A DNA stretch of 63,665 nt, filler included, from Sphacelaria rigidula (GCA_964200075.2; 7 parts of 7 records of this genome joined end to end with filler, not necessarily neighbours in it); one strand, 5' to 3'. Shown: positions 36,508 through 50,442, counted from the first letter of the whole stretch. The notes: a model not told the origin generated them from the letters alone. A program made the numbers and translations.

Positions 36508-39500
36508 ATAGGATGTTGCTCTTCAGTAACACAAGCAGCTAAAGGTTACAGTACGAAAAATTGCGGCTGGTGAAAGTCTACGTGCCCTAGAATGGGGGGA
36601 GTCCATGTAGCTGTTTAGTCTTGAGTGCAGAAGTCTACAATGGAAGGTTGATTGGGTCCGCCGAGAAACAGCTGACACATCAAGACAGGGACGTTTGCAG
36701 GCCTGATCATTATGCAGCGAACAAGATCAGCTCAAGGCTTGCTTATGTAGAAAGAGGCTGGTAGAAGCAGAGCCCAGGAGCTCCTGAGGTGGTGCTAGGG
36801 CAAGCTGTAGTATTGTTCGTGCGCAAGGCGCGGGACGGTTGATCAACAGCTGGCGGGCCGATAGCGTGCCAAAAAATGCGGCGCAATCACTGCCCGGGTT
36901 GGAGATTGCGAGAGGGCTGGTTCAAGCTTCGCCAGCCGTGATCAAGAAAAGGACTCCAAGGACTTCAAGATGTGGTGAGAACTCCGCGAGGAAGAGGTGT
37001 TGTGGTGGTCGTTGTATGGTGGCACAGAGCTTCTTGGTGTATGGGAAGAGTTGTTGTTCCTGTGATTGGGAGGCAACTCCGATTTTCACAAAAAAAAGTG
37101 TTGTCGGAGTGCTGCACTCATGACGTCCGCATGTCGTGGCGGCTCAGCGCTTAGCGAGAAGCGTGAAGGTAACAGTATCTGTTCGACAATCCAAAGTGAC
37201 GAGGCGCAGCAATATGTCGCAGTGGAAGGTTATATCTGTGCACCGCAACAATATGTCGATCTCGATGGTCGCGTTGTCCGCGTACAGTTCCTGGATGTGC
37301 CATACTAAGGTTGCACCTCACCAAGTGAGGAATCTGCCAACTTTTTACGGCAGTATGAGGACCATGTTCGTGAGGTGCTCGAAGCGAATCCGCGTGAGGC
37401 AGACTGGAACGTTCTTAAGGAGCCAGCGGTTTCTGACCTCATGCCCAGACATATTGAGGACTGCCTGCGTGACTCGTTCTTGAATCATGCTCATAATGTT
37501 GGGCACAAGAAATTGCTCTTCGCGTTGCGCAAGCATGCGTCGTCGCGTGTGGTGCACGGTGCTGGGACCACAAATAGTGGTGGTCGGTATGCTGGCTGTC
37601 CCCGGAGGCGCAGGCCGCGCCCACGTCGAAACGACGCGGGATTGCTGCTAGTACTGCCGTTGAAGAGAACGACCACATCACACAGCGCTCGTCAGTTCGA
37701 GGGACAATCACGAGAGCGCTGGACGCAGCACAGCTGCCGCTGTTGCCGTCACGGAGCAAGCTGAGCAGGAGGTGGGTGGTGAAGCGAATAAGGTTGATCT
37801 TGTTGCTGCTGCTGCCGCTGATGTTGAAAGGGCGGAGCTTGCACTGGCCGATGATTAAGCGCTGAAAGGCGAAGGTCCCTGTTGCGTGTTGCAGCCGGAA
37901 CTGCGTGCAGCTGAGGGCACGCCTTACATGCTCGAAGCGGTGGGGGTATACAATGTGCGTTGTACGAGCGAGCACAGTAAGCTGGGGCTCGTCATACACA
38001 TGACGAATCTCCCTGCGCCAGTGAAATGATATCGTTCAGATGCTCTTCAGGGATGTCTGCGTGAAGAAGAGGTGGATGCCGGGTCGGTGGAGTGCCACCG
38101 GACTAACGTGAGGCTGAGAACACTCCGTGTAGCAAGCAGCAGGGGAAAATATTAGTGTGAAGCGAGTAGGAAGAGCGAGATTCAGGCTTGTGATACCATT
38201 AGCGACAACAATTTTTCCGGCGACGTCGAGCGCCGCGCGGTGTTGGGGTGGTCGTGTGCATTGATGTATACATGGACACCTTTGGGGTGATTGGCAGCGT
38301 TGATTGAGATGTCTCTGCCGCTGTACCGTCGGGTGTTCGAGGAGGATAGTATAACACCATCGGGAGGTGTTGCTGCGCGGCACTGTGTGGCTGTTTCCGT
38401 TTCTTCTCTAGTTTCTCCTGAAAAACCGACTGCAGTGTTCTGTAACCCGCAAGTATCTGTGGGGGCAGAAGATATGTCGCATTCGATTTTCGATGTGAAT
38501 ACACCGTCTGGTGGCGCCTGAGCGGCACCATGGAGGTGCGAGGTGTACCTGGACTGATGGTGCGCGGAGCAAGTGTTAAGAGAGAGCTCTACGGTGTGCA
38601 CGAGGTTGTGGTTTGAGTGTTGCTATTTCTCAGGAGCGGATTGGAGGACTACGAAGAAGGCCTTACCTGAAGTTTTTGCTGTTGTGATGAGCGACGGGTT
38701 GGGTGATGTTGGGGAACAAGTGCTTGTGTAATCGAGTGCTTGTTGAAAAACGAGTAAAATTCATCATGACTGGTATTTCTTGATCGTTTTGTGGGCGATT
38801 ATAGGTTGTTGTAGTATCGTTCGTATTTATGTTATGCTGCTGTTTGCGCATGAAGCATGACGGTTGAGCGAGTGTGATCATGTTGCGTGTGCTGGAAAAA
38901 ATGCTGGGGCACACGCGAATACTTGTTATCTGTGTGTCGTGTTGTTCTGGTTAGCACGGATGGTACACGGTGATTTCTGCCAAGAAGATCGCACTCCATG
39001 TGCTGACTGAAATACCGGCATGCGTGAGTGGATGTTTTGCTGCAGTATGTTGCTGATGTGCATGGCGTCTGGTGAAGAGCCAGGGTGAGGCAATTTTCAA
39101 TATACTGCTGTATGCTGGATGGGGTTCACCTCGCACGTTCATAGAGAAACATAGTGGAACTCAATTCATTCTGGCTCAAGGATGATGTATCATTTGGCTG
39201 TTGCACTCTACTGCGCAGGTGTACGAGCTGGGCCAGCTGACAGTGATGGTTGAATGTTTCCAGGCCCGGCTGTTGGTACTATGAGGAGTTATGCGCGGAA
39301 ACATTCACACGATATTTTCCCATCATCAACACGCGCAACATTCCTCGGGATGCCTGAAAAACAACAACAACAGAAAGTCAGAGCGATTTGAAGTTTCAGC
39401 AAAACCTGGGAAGGTGCTATACTCCCGTGAAAATAAAAAACAGGTACGGCGGCATCCCCAGAGATGTTGTGCGTACTTGCGTGCCGGAGATTCTGGTAGA

Positions 39501-40552
39501 AATTCGGCCAAACTCTCTCAAAACTGGGCGCAGCCGGTCACGTTTCGTGTGTCACCGCTGCGTCCCTTGAATTCAAGTGATACAGGAGACTCCACTTATG
39601 GAGGTCACGAGTTCGAATCCCGACAGATTTTTTTTCCCGATCCGTCGTTAATTAAGATCATATGTTATGTATTTTTTCTTTCTCATTATTTTCTTCATTC
39701 AGCGGCGGCGCCGTGCGTTACCAGGTTGGTCGGGAGTTTACAGCGATATGCTCAAGTCGGGCTGATTTTGTAAACTTGATAAGTTATGGTGTGCCATGCA
39801 AATGCGGGATTTGCTGCTGACCCAGCTCGTAAAACGTTAAAAAAGTGAATTTTGTATTTTGGAAGGTACCCCGTCTCGGATGAGAGAGAGACGAACAGTC
39901 ACGGAACATTCGGAATTCGACGTTCGCTGGCGATTGAGGTTTTCTTTGACGTTGTGGAGTAAAAAGACTTGTTTTGGGCAGGGGTTCGTGGATTTGGCGA
40001 CACCTCTCGCTCCGTAACTTGTAGTGCTGCAAACAGAGTAATTGCGTGTTCATGATGGGCGATTGTTTTTGGATCTCTTGCGTGTTGCTCGGGAATTGGA
40101 TAAACTTATATGTAGCTGTTATCAAAAACAGCGGCAAGGATTGTTATACTACGCGGAAAACAACGGCACTACTAGGCAACAATGATGTCTGAGTTTGTTA
40201 AGCTCTATCTTGACCACGTTTCGGTGGTGAGCGAGCTAGGTGGTGCTATAGACCTAGGCCACCATCGTTACCTAGGCCAGGTGCATGAATGTAGGCGGAA
40301 AAATGCGCAGTAGGCGTGTTTACAGCTGGTGAATGGATCGTGGGTCTGCGGGTCTGACTGGCGGACTGTGTGCGCGTTCTATCCCCATGGTATGTGAGGT
40401 TGATTTTCACTCTGTGGGTGGGCAGCAATAATAGGATGATGCTCTTCAGTGAAATGAGCAGCCAAGGGCTAATGCATGAATGACTACAGCTGGTGAAGCA
40501 TACGTGCCCTAAAATGGGGGGAGTCCACGTAGCTGTCTGATCTGCAGTGCAG
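36508..40552 (+). repeat. Diverged ~120-bp direct repeats (36508-36630 and 40430-40552) flanking degenerate coding-like DNA
   Basis: ataggatg.tgctcttcagt...gctggtgaa...tacgtgcccta.aatggggg.gtcca.gtagctgt...agtgcag is present at both sites. Confidence 0.7.
39224..39829. mobile_element. MITE with TIRs related to the CGAGCTGGGCCAGC family, TA-flanked
   Basis: TA|cgagctgggccagc at 39222 and gctgacccagctcg|TA ending at 39831 (one mismatch); interior differs from the 13564 element. Confidence 0.75.
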
Positions 40553-40830
40553 GGCTCTCACCAATCTCACGGGACACTGAATATATATATTGTGGTATAC
40601 TCCGATCATTCTCAGATCTGAGTCACGTATATTACAAAATGAACGGCGGGACAAAACGGGCCAGGAATCTCATGGCATGGTCTCCGTCTTCCAGCTTAAG
40701 ACAGGACGGAATGGGGCCGGAATCTTGCGGGACAGCATTTACACGGGACGGGACCGGACGGGACGGTCTCGTCCTGCCGTGTGTTCGGTGGCGTATTTCC
40801 CGTCCCGTCCCGTTCTCCCGGGAATGTTTG
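40550..40830 (+). mobile_element. Left end of an hAT-like element with GGGAC/GTCCC subterminal repeats
   Basis: Starts CAGGGCTCTCACC where homology of the direct repeat breaks; acgggacgggaccggacgggac and cccgtcccgtcccg arrays; no matching right end found. Confidence 0.5.
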
Positions 40831-41166
40831 TGTGCTGGTTCTTCATAAAAACGACCGTCGCTGCCACCGATTAGCATTCTCTAACTTGTGGGAAAAGAAC
40901 AAAATGAGGCGCGCTTGATACTAATTTCGGGTAATCCTGCAAAAACCAAGTTCGTTGGTTTCAAGGTTGGAAAATTGTGGACGTCGGTTTTGTTCCCTAC
41001 CTTGTCCAGCTAAACAAAACATAACTTCAAGCATAGGGAAGAACAACTACATTGTTGTCACTGTGCCAGTTGATTCCTGCACACCAGCAGAGGCACGAGC
41101 ACAACACACAGACTGTTCCGTCTCAACACGTCCATGTTGGCGCCACTTGTACATTTTGAATCTTAC

Positions 41167-42888
41167 CACACCCTGGACAAAACAATATGTTTTCAATATA
41201 TTTCAGCCGATCATATTGGAATTTTACGATACATTGCCGGCGTAACATATATTGGTGCCCTTGGACTGCATACGTATTGCGCGCCCAATATATATTGATG
41301 TCGTGGGACTGCATAAATATTGCCCGCCCAATATATATTAGTACCGTGGGATTGTACACATTTAGTCCCATCAATATATATTGGGGCAGTGTGGGCGATG
41401 ACATATTGCACGACCAATATATATCAGGGTCGAATTGGTGAGAACATATTGACCGGTCAATATATATTGGGGCTGCGCGGATGTCAATGTATTGGCCGGT
41501 CAATATAGATTGGATATTCTAAGTATGGTGTACGCTTTGGGAAAGATCCAGACGCGATGGATGCCGGAGCCCGTGCAGATTGGAAAAAGCTTCGGAGGAA
41601 GCCGCAAAAGTTCGCGTGCATTGCTACAGAGAGTTGTAAAATGCGTTTGGTATATATATAATACAATATATAAATATGTTGGCCAGAAAATATGGTGACA
41701 GAAGAGGCGACCCGGTGTGTATGCCTTCTCATATATATCTGGCCACCGGTGCGGGGCCGCCCATCCCCTTGACAGTATATAATATATCTTGGCTAGACAT
41801 CACGATGACAGAAAACGCGGGTCGATGTGCGCGTTTTGGTACCCTGGAAATTGCAATATGTTCCAATATGATACCAATACTTAGTATTGGAGAGAGCGCA
41901 AATATTGTCTTTTCAATATATATTGTGTTGAGACGTCTTTGGCGACATTGAAGCAGCAACATATATTTCCTGTGTCATGATCGTGAAATAATGCATGACA
42001 ATATATATTGGACATGCATTTGCTCCCGGGAGAAACGATTGAATATGTATTGTGCATGCCGGGCGTGTATGTATTGAAGTGTCAATATATATCGAGTCCA
42101 AGCAACGCGTAACATATTGTTACCACAATACATGTTGAACACAAAACATGCAAAAGTATTGTTTGTCCAATATATATTGCGCACGCTTATCGCATAGCTA
42201 TTGTGCAGCCAATATAAACTCAGCACGCTCGCGGAGGAATGTATGGAGCGTTTTCGGCATGTGGTGATACATCTTTCAATGGTGCCCGCGAACATAGAAC
42301 TGTTCACTATACTAATCGCAATACACTTTCCAATCTATATGTTGACTCGTCAATATATTGTTACACCAAAATGTATTGTGACCGTCGGTTCCCTCGAGTA
42401 TTGTCCGCCCAATATATATTGGACGCACTGACGCAGGACATATTGGGGCGGCAATGTATATTGGCGCTTCGGGTTTTGAGTATATTGAGCCGTCGATATG
42501 TATTGACCTCGGGTGGCCAATATATTACTCGACGAATATATATATATATTGGTGCCTTACCGCGCCAACATATTGATCGGCCAATATATATTGAGGTGGC
42601 GCGTGTCATGATGTTTTGTTCGGTCGATATATATTGCATATCGCGAGCCTTGACATCAGTTTTGTTTTTGTTGGGCACGTCTATCATCAGACCACGGCTA
42701 GACCCCTGGGGGATCAGTTAAAGTGCAACAATAAAATGAAATAAGAATAAAATGACATATTGATGGTACGATATATATTGACCTGTCTCTCGTGCCATCA
42801 TATTACTTGCCCCATATATATTGATGGCCCGACGCGTCGACATATTGAGCGGGCAATATATATTACATATTGCATTGTCCAGGGTGTG
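41167..42888 (-). mobile_element. Second copy of the CACACCCTGGAC element, opposite orientation
   Basis: TIRs cacaccctggacaaaacaatatg and catattgcattgtccagggtgtg; flanks AATCTTAC and AATCTTAG (7 of 8 match); interior homologous to 33206-34691. Confidence 0.92.
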
Positions 42889-44537
42889 AATCTTAGACAT
42901 GCTATGATTTCCTGTTCCCGAGCCGTTCACTTGGGCCCTCCTATCATCCGTATAATGTCGGTATTTCTTCACTCACGCCACATTAATGCGACGGAACGGA
43001 GGATTTAATACGACCCACGAATTCTCGCACAAGCCACTCACACCGACCTTCGTTTTGTAAGCACAACATCTCCGCAATCATCCCGCGCTCCGCGACGGCC
43101 CCAAGGTATGGCAAAAACCTTGTTCGCTGGGGTAATGACTACTGTAGTGCCACCAGTGGTCAGGAATGCTCGGTTGTCGACGGTGGCAAAACACACTCGT
43201 CTGCCGCGAGTGGCGGGAGCATCATTGTGCAGTGTTATAACCTAACGAGTGAGGCTGCGATCAAGAAACAGCATCCCGAGTGATGCTGCTACCAACCGAA
43301 ATTGGTCACCGTCCGGTATAGTACCCCACCCGCAACGCTACGTAATGCTGTTTCACTGTTGGAAAGTAGGGAGTGGCAATTACTCATCTCCGTCATACGG
43401 AATATGATAGTGCCTGATTCAAGGAAGGACGCCTGGGGTATCCGTAACTGAAATGTCTTCGAGAAAGACCCGACGTTGTCAGAAGTACGACTCGACACGC
43501 ACAAAAGCGCAAAGCTGAAGCGTAAGCCGAATTGTAAGAAGGGGTTTCTATCCCTCGGCACTCTCACACGTGGTGAACGAAAACTTGGCTTCACTTCGTC
43601 CGTACACTAATGCGACAATGGTGGATTAAGTACGCTTTACATCAAATGAGTTCGGGTGACCACATCGTGTTTCACGACGATCATGGTCGGTGGTCAGGAG
43701 AAAGAGGTCGGCGCCAAGACGCTGCGCATGGGCGTTGTCGAGATGGCAAGTCCTGCGCACGAGGTGGATGCGTGTGGATGCAGGGGGCATGGAGTCGGGG
43801 GCTCCTTCGGCAGGTGCAGCGGGTGAAGCTCGGGCGGGGGGCAGCGGCATATCACGGGATAGAGAGCTGCGCAGGAACGCCGAGAAAGCTGAATGGGTGT
43901 GAAAATGCGGGGCCGAAGACACAGGAAGAAAATATTGCTCAGCCTGATACTTGGTAGCAGGTACAACGTCGTTGCGTCCGTGGCTCAGCGGTGGTGGACT
44001 TGAACAGCGTCCCCATTCTTGTTTCCTTGGATTGAAGAGTGCCTGTCGAATGCAAATATCCAAGAAGTGATTGCACGAGCTTGGCGTCACACCTTTGTAG
44101 TTATTATTGTGGGTAGAAGACAAAGAGGGGTACACCACCCCACATATCAGACAAAAGGAAGGTACAGTTCACGGCGCACGTTGGAGCTGTACGTGCGAGG
44201 CCCAAACCACTCAAAAATCAGTCCCACACAGAGGCCAGGCGTCCACAGCTTATGCAGAGCATGTGCACCAACTTTCGCGAGAAAAGAGCGCGGTTTGACG
44301 GAGGAACAGCGTCGCGGGAAAGAAGGGGCGTGCCGTGTACCCCGCTATGTCCGACAACGAGGAAGGTGTACCCCGCGATTCCTTCTAAATTTATCTTGTA
44401 CCCCATACTGTCATGTCCTGTCATATGATGTCCAAAGTGTACCTCTATTTGACCGATATGGGCCTTCCAAAGTCCCCGTCTATCCCCGTCAATCCTCAAT
44501 TCCTCATTTTTACTCTTCTTCAAACCCCTTCCTACGG

Positions 44538-44822
44538 CCCGGCCTGGAGACGCAAGACCCCACGCATATTTTCACCTCTTCCTACGGCCTGCAGACGCAA
44601 GATCCCACGCATATTTTCACCTCTTCCGACGGCCTGCAGACGCAAGATCCCACGCATATCTTCACCTCTTCCGACGGCCTGCACACGCAAGACTCCACGC
44701 ATATTTTCACCTCTTCCTACGGCCTGCACACGCAAGACCCCACGCATGTTTTCACCTCTTCCTACGGCCTGCACACGCGAGAACCCCCGCATGTTTTCAT
44801 TTCGTTTGTACGGCCTGGAGAC
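44538..44822 (+). repeat. 45-bp minisatellite, ~6 copies
   Basis: Unit (t/g)acggcctgca(g/c)acgcaaga(t/c)cccacgcatattttcacctcttcc starts at 44583, 44628, 44673, 44718 and 44763, plus a degenerate first copy. Confidence 0.95.
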
Positions 44823-45686
44823 CTGAGACCTCTGCCACGTGATTGCGCCCGACCGTTGGCAAACGGCACAGCCAGCTCCCAACCAAAACCTTGTTCAACA
44901 CAGAACAACATGCAACAAAGTGATTATGGAATGCAATGGCTGAACCGCTCGGTCTGTCCCTCAGCCAAGGCTTTCGCCTCCTCACCGCAAGGCGCAGAAA
45001 ACGTTCCATACGCGGTGGCAGCAATAGGTAGAAAGCAATGGAAGTACGAGTAGGAGTAAAAAGACGCAAATCAATCGTGGGGTATAATACATGAATCGAT
45101 CATGGACACGAAACGATAACCGAGCAATACCAGGTACTCCGCGAGGTACCCTTACGGGGATTTGGAGGTGATTCAACTCCGAAGCACCGTAACATTGGCT
45201 TATTACTTCTAAGGGCTTTCTTTGTTTTCGACATATGAACGGCCGTGATTTATCGAGGCGATAAAGGAAGCCAAAAGGGAGCAAGGTGGGTAGCTTGCCT
45301 GCCCACAACGGCCAATGAACACTGCGGTTCCCTCGCAGAAAATACAGAACAAAATTTCAGGAATGATGCGATAGCCCCCCCCCCCCCGATGGGGTTGCCG
45401 TCGGTTGGCGATGACGCTATAAAACACGCCACTCACAACGTAAGCTAGNNNNNNNNNNNNNNNNNNNNNNNNNNNNNNNNNNNNNNNNNNNNTTAATTAA
45501 TTAANNNNNNNNNNNNNNNNNNNNNNNNNNNNNNNNNNNNNNNNNNNNCCTCCTTCTTCTTCCCTCCCCCCCCGCCCCCCGCTTCCCCCCTCCCGTCACC
45601 CCGTCCTCCCCTCCCCCCCTCCCCCCCCCCCCCCCCCCCCGCGTGACGAACCATTGCGTGACCGTGTTGTATCTACTCTGCGTTAG

Positions 45687-48600
45687 GTGATCTTCTTTAA
45701 GGTCATCCGTAACGGCGGTAATGGGGATTGCGGGCCGAGCGCGCTCCTCCGCCATCTGTTGGAGAGAGCCCCCAACCAGCAGGAAATGCTTGAGTTTCGG
45801 CAAAGGATTGTCGACGAGGTGAGCGTCGCCTTCAACACGTTTCGGGGTCGTCGATTGTGGTACGGTAGTAGTGGTGCTGTGTGTCGTTGATGTAGCGGTT
45901 GCATGGTGCCACGGTGGTTGTCCCCTACGCCAATGGGATATATACCCTGTGGAATGGTAATGGTCGTGAGGGATCGGACCATATGTGGTGGTCGTGGGGC
46001 TTGGAAAACCGTAGCCAAACGCTTGCCCCAGTGCTGGAGACACTTGTGGTGGCCTCAGTGTCGTGGTTGGTGATCCCACCTGCCCTACAAGCCTTTCCGC
46101 ATCATGCCTCACTTAGGGAGCCACCGTGTGCATGCGATGTATTGCCGTGATGAGTTGGACGTGCACAAGGAGTTGCAGGTTGGGCGCAATAGAAGACTTG
46201 CAGCGCGTGGTTGGTCGACACGCGCTACGTTTTGTGGTGCCATGCGTCGTTCCGAGTACACCCATTGAAGCTTGATCGCCTACAGCTGTTTCCGCCCGTG
46301 TTCCGTCGTCGGCAACACTGATGTCTACCATTGGCAAGCTGAACACCCCCTGCACGTTGCCCCTCTCTTTCTTGCCTCCTCCTTCCCACGATGGTCTGTG
46401 TTTCGTGGTGCTGGTCTGCGTGCGGCGCCTTCCCCCACTGTACATAGGCGCGCGTAAACAGCTTCGGACAGTTCCTCGGCTTGTTTGGCGGGGTGAACAA
46501 CTTCGACGTCGCCATGGCGAGGATGAGCACGTGGGCTGAGGACATGCTCCGCCCGGGAACCTGGGTGGATCATCATTTCATGAGCGCGTTTTGCCTTGCC
46601 TACAACGTGCGTATGTACTTGTGTGTGTGTGTGTGTTTTTTTTTCATGTACATATCCCCAGTGAGTTCGTGCTATGCGATATGCACAGGCAAAAAGATCA
46701 ACATCAGTCGGTAGCATGCAGTCGACGCCTAGTGATGTTGAGTTGACCAGAATACAAGTGGACACGAAGAACTTACACGGATTGACCCCACCTGCACCCT
46801 GCCCTGTGGCAACAACGAACAACGCATTCCATCCACGTGGAATAGTCATCGAAACAATTTCATTGATGTACTCGGCCGATTTACGAGCAATAGCTCGTGC
46901 TGACGTAGTACGAGCTGGTTCACGCTCACCACCCGAAATTGTGTCATCAGCGAATGCCTTTCGCAATACCTACCCAATAGCCGCATGCATGATATCAAAC
47001 TGACCACCATGAACTGCTGAAGAGCGTGACATAGCCGGATTTGTGTATGGGGCCATACTGGTAGCGCTAAGGACAAAAAAGTACTTCGACCAGTCAGCAC
47101 CCTTCAAATTGTTCTGAGATTCAAAACACGAATTCCAAGCCCAATTTCAGCGAATCTCCACATGCTTCGAATCGCAGTAACCGCCATCAGCTCGAAAACC
47201 CAACGGGGGAAAAAGGTCTGAAAACGGATGCAGCGGGGTCGAATTATACCCGAAACCGTGACTTTTCGGTAATGTGGAGCGTCGGCGTCGTCTAATTTCA
47301 ATAACGATACTCACAAAAGACTCAGGGAGCCTCGTGACGGTTTCTCTTATATCTGTAGTCGAAACGCTCAGATCTCCCTCAAACTTGGCAGTTCCACAGG
47401 TATTGATGCTCCAAATGGAAGGGAAAAAGTGCATTCTTGGCAATATCGCAAAGTTTCTTCGTTCTCTACCGGCTTCCGGGGGTCCCAGTAGAAAGACCCC
47501 CGGAAGGCGGTACCGAATGCCTCAACAAGAACAAAATCGCAAAAGAACCAGTGATTTTGAATATCTCCGTGAAGTTAACCTACGCACGCCCCATCAAACA
47601 TATTTTTAACATGTAATCGCGAGTGTTTGACGTAAAAACGTCCAAAATTGATCAATATTGGGGTATGCTTGGACCAACAATGGGCTAAAATGGGCATATT
47701 TCTGACGTCATTTTCGTATGGATCGCTAACTTTTTTTTTCATTTTTTGTTTTGCATCAGCTTCGTCGGCGTTTCATCTTTTCAACGAAGCCAACTATAGG
47801 ATGATCGAAAGGGTTTGAATGCGCAAACCCTTGAACGTCCATAAGTGTCCAGACTTATGAAACAGAGGAAGTATGGTTTTTCTTGCCTTGACGTGAACTT
47901 CACCGACAAAAACGTGTTTAAACTCCAACCGAGTAGTTACGAGTTGCACGTTTCAAGCTCACGTCCTCGCACAAACGCGCAAACCTTCACGCACTCATTA
48001 CGAGTTAGACCCTAAAACTTTGCACAAATGTGCCGTGGATCATTACGTAAGTGTCGATGGACGAGGTGTTTTTCATATTTTGACTCTTTTGCCGTTTCTC
48101 GGGGGTCCAACGGGATCCGAGTCGTTTTTTCTAAGTAGCCTCCGTCCTGGGAACCCGAAAGCCGGCAATGCGATGTTTTTTCTTGTATTTTTCCGCGAAC
48201 GAGCTGTGGCCGCATAACCCAAGGGAGGCCCCCACAACTTTCGGGGCGACACTCGATTAATTGATTCTTGAATTTTCACGTTCATGTCAAATAAGGCCCC
48301 CAAACGTCATTTTCGTACTGAAATCAAGTAGTTTGCGGTGTCACCGTGGCACGGCTTATCGCACAAACGCGTAAACCCCACGCCGTCTCAAGGAGTGAGA
48401 CCCTTGAATTTTGCACAACGGTGCTATGGATCATTACGAAACTTTGGATGGAGGAGTTCATTTTATTTGTGTTTTACTGTTCTACGGGGGTCCGAATGGA
48501 TCGAAGTTTCCCCGAGTAAACTGGGACCGCCGAAAAACGTAAAAATACTTCAACAAGTAAAACAAACTTCGCGACCTTCAAAAGTTGCGCAATGACCCCT

Positions 48601-50442
48601 AGAACATTTGTGGAAACTTTCAGGGTCTAACTCCTTGAAACGGCGTGAGGTTTTGACGATGAGTGTTTTTCTGGTGATGAGCATGAACCAGCCTGTAGGA
48701 CTGCCGCATTTTTAGGAGAGGGTCAGACAGTGGGAGCAGCAGTCATTCAAAGGAGACCCCTTGCCTACCGGCGTAGCACAGGGCCCCACTTTCAGGTGGG
48801 CAAGCCTGGACCACGCCTGGATGCTCCAAAATCAGGACCCAGGAGAGATGTGTACGATGTGGCCAAGACCTTTCAAATCTTAGTTCCTTGCTCCCAACGG
48901 GGAGCGCGCCATCGATTACGAGTGTTTCCAGTGTAGTAGCAAGGGTGGAAATGAAAAAACGAAAACGTCTTCTCCCACCGACCCTCGAGCTGACAACTCT
49001 CCACGACTACGACCGAGTTGCAGATCTCCGCTATTGATGAAGCTGATTTCTTCTTCCCGTACCGTTTCCAGATGCGCCTTCGATGCTTCGTCCACGAGGA
49101 TAATGCCCTCTTCAATGAAGAAGGCAAGACGGAAGGGTGGGGAGAAGACCGCCGTGTCATGGATATCCTGCACTCCGGAGGTGGTTACCGAGACAAAAAC
49201 CATTTCGAGGCGCTGATCAGGGTGACGGCCGACCAGGCTGCGGTGAGTTCTGCTCGCATGTGAGGGCCTGGACTGACCCGCACGGCAAGGCACGTGTGCG
49301 ACGTGGAACGGTTACTTGCGCGGCCTTCATCCCTTTGCCGCGATAGGGTTTTTGAGTGGCTTGGCATATGGGGGATGTCGCCGCCGGGGAGGGCAGAAGG
49401 GCAAAGATTGGTTCGAGTCGTGGCGTACTGTAAAGTGATGCTACGGTAGGGGTGCATAAATATTTTCTGACGTTAGAATTGTCAAGAGCCCTTGATCTCA
49501 TGCTAAACACCACTTGTGAAAATATGTGAAAGTACGCCAGGATTACTACTCCAATGTGCTGGGGATATCCCGAATGATTTTGCACACGGGGATGCCCTGA
49601 CCCATATTCTTGTGCATCTAGAATCGTTAGGAGCCCCTGAAGTAGACACTATTTCGCGAAAAAAGTGTACCCCTACCGTAGCATTGCTCTGTACCACGCC
49701 CGAGAAACGAATGCCCTTCGTCATGATCGTACAATTACAGGTAGCTGGCACGAGTAGTAAATAGAGGTCCAAATGAAGCAAGCCTCTGATGATTACACAT
49801 GTCTCCTGCTCCGTGGTCCAACGCGAGGCGCTGCTGCCACAAAGTCACCCCACTCGAAGATTCTTGTCCCTAAAGTTGTCGTTATTATCCGTCGTGAACA
49901 GCGTGTGTTACCTAGTGGATGATCAAGTCACACAATCATGCCTCAAGTGCTATAACAAAGATAGCAAACCCTGTTCTCGTGCCCAGCGTCAATTGCTACG
50001 CACCTTCCCCGCCTCGTTGCGGCCATTCCTCCTCACGTCCTTCCCCTGTGTCCTGCCCTCCTTTCCTATACTTCAACCAAAACATGTTCAGTCTGTGAGC
50101 GACCCGGTCATCACGGCAAAGTTCTGCAGGGGATGTGCTCCACAAGCTCGCGGGAAGCCAAACGCGCCGCCAGAGTCGTGGCCTTCTCTCGAGAGCGAGA
50201 GTACGGTACTCAACAGGGATGCACTGCGCAGCGCCGAAGAGGCGGTTACGGTTGACAACGCAACCGCGAACGAGGATAACGGTCCCGATGACAATGAGGA
50301 CCATGTTCCAGCGGCAGAGACGGTGTGTAGTGGAGGCGGTGAGAATAAGTGGCGCCGAGTCGCGAAGATCGGCGGGGCGGTGATCGCTGTGGGGCTAGCG
50401 GGCTGGGCGATAAAGGCCGCCTTTGGCTCTCGACGACGCTGA
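45687..50442 (+). CDS. OTU-like cysteine protease (deubiquitinase family) with C-terminal transmembrane tail; exons 45687-45818, 46448-46606, 49072-49242, 50092-50442; 5' end missing
   Basis: Phase-0 GT-AG exons give VIRNGGNGDCGPSALL..MLEFRQRIVDE (Cys loop), MLRPGTWVDHHFMSAFCLAYN|MRLRCF (GTW motif) and DILHSGGGYRDKNHFEAL (His loop); ends KIGGAVIAVGLAGWAIKAAFGSRRR*. Confidence 0.78.
47960..48660. repeat. Degenerate direct and inverted repeats in an OTU-gene intron (probable transposon remnant)
   Basis: 47968-48125 resembles 48360-48510 (cgcacaaacgcg..agaccct..tttgcacaa..ggatcattacg); 48618-48653 is inverted relative to 48373-48408. Confidence 0.6.

Noticed and set aside
39590..39630. tRNA gene (gagttcgaatccc, B-box-like)
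   Set aside because: No cloverleaf or convincing A box; it lies inside a MITE
44538..44822. CRISPR-like array
   Set aside because: Units abut with no unique spacers and the context is eukaryotic; this is an ordinary minisatellite. The same applies to 15124-15430.
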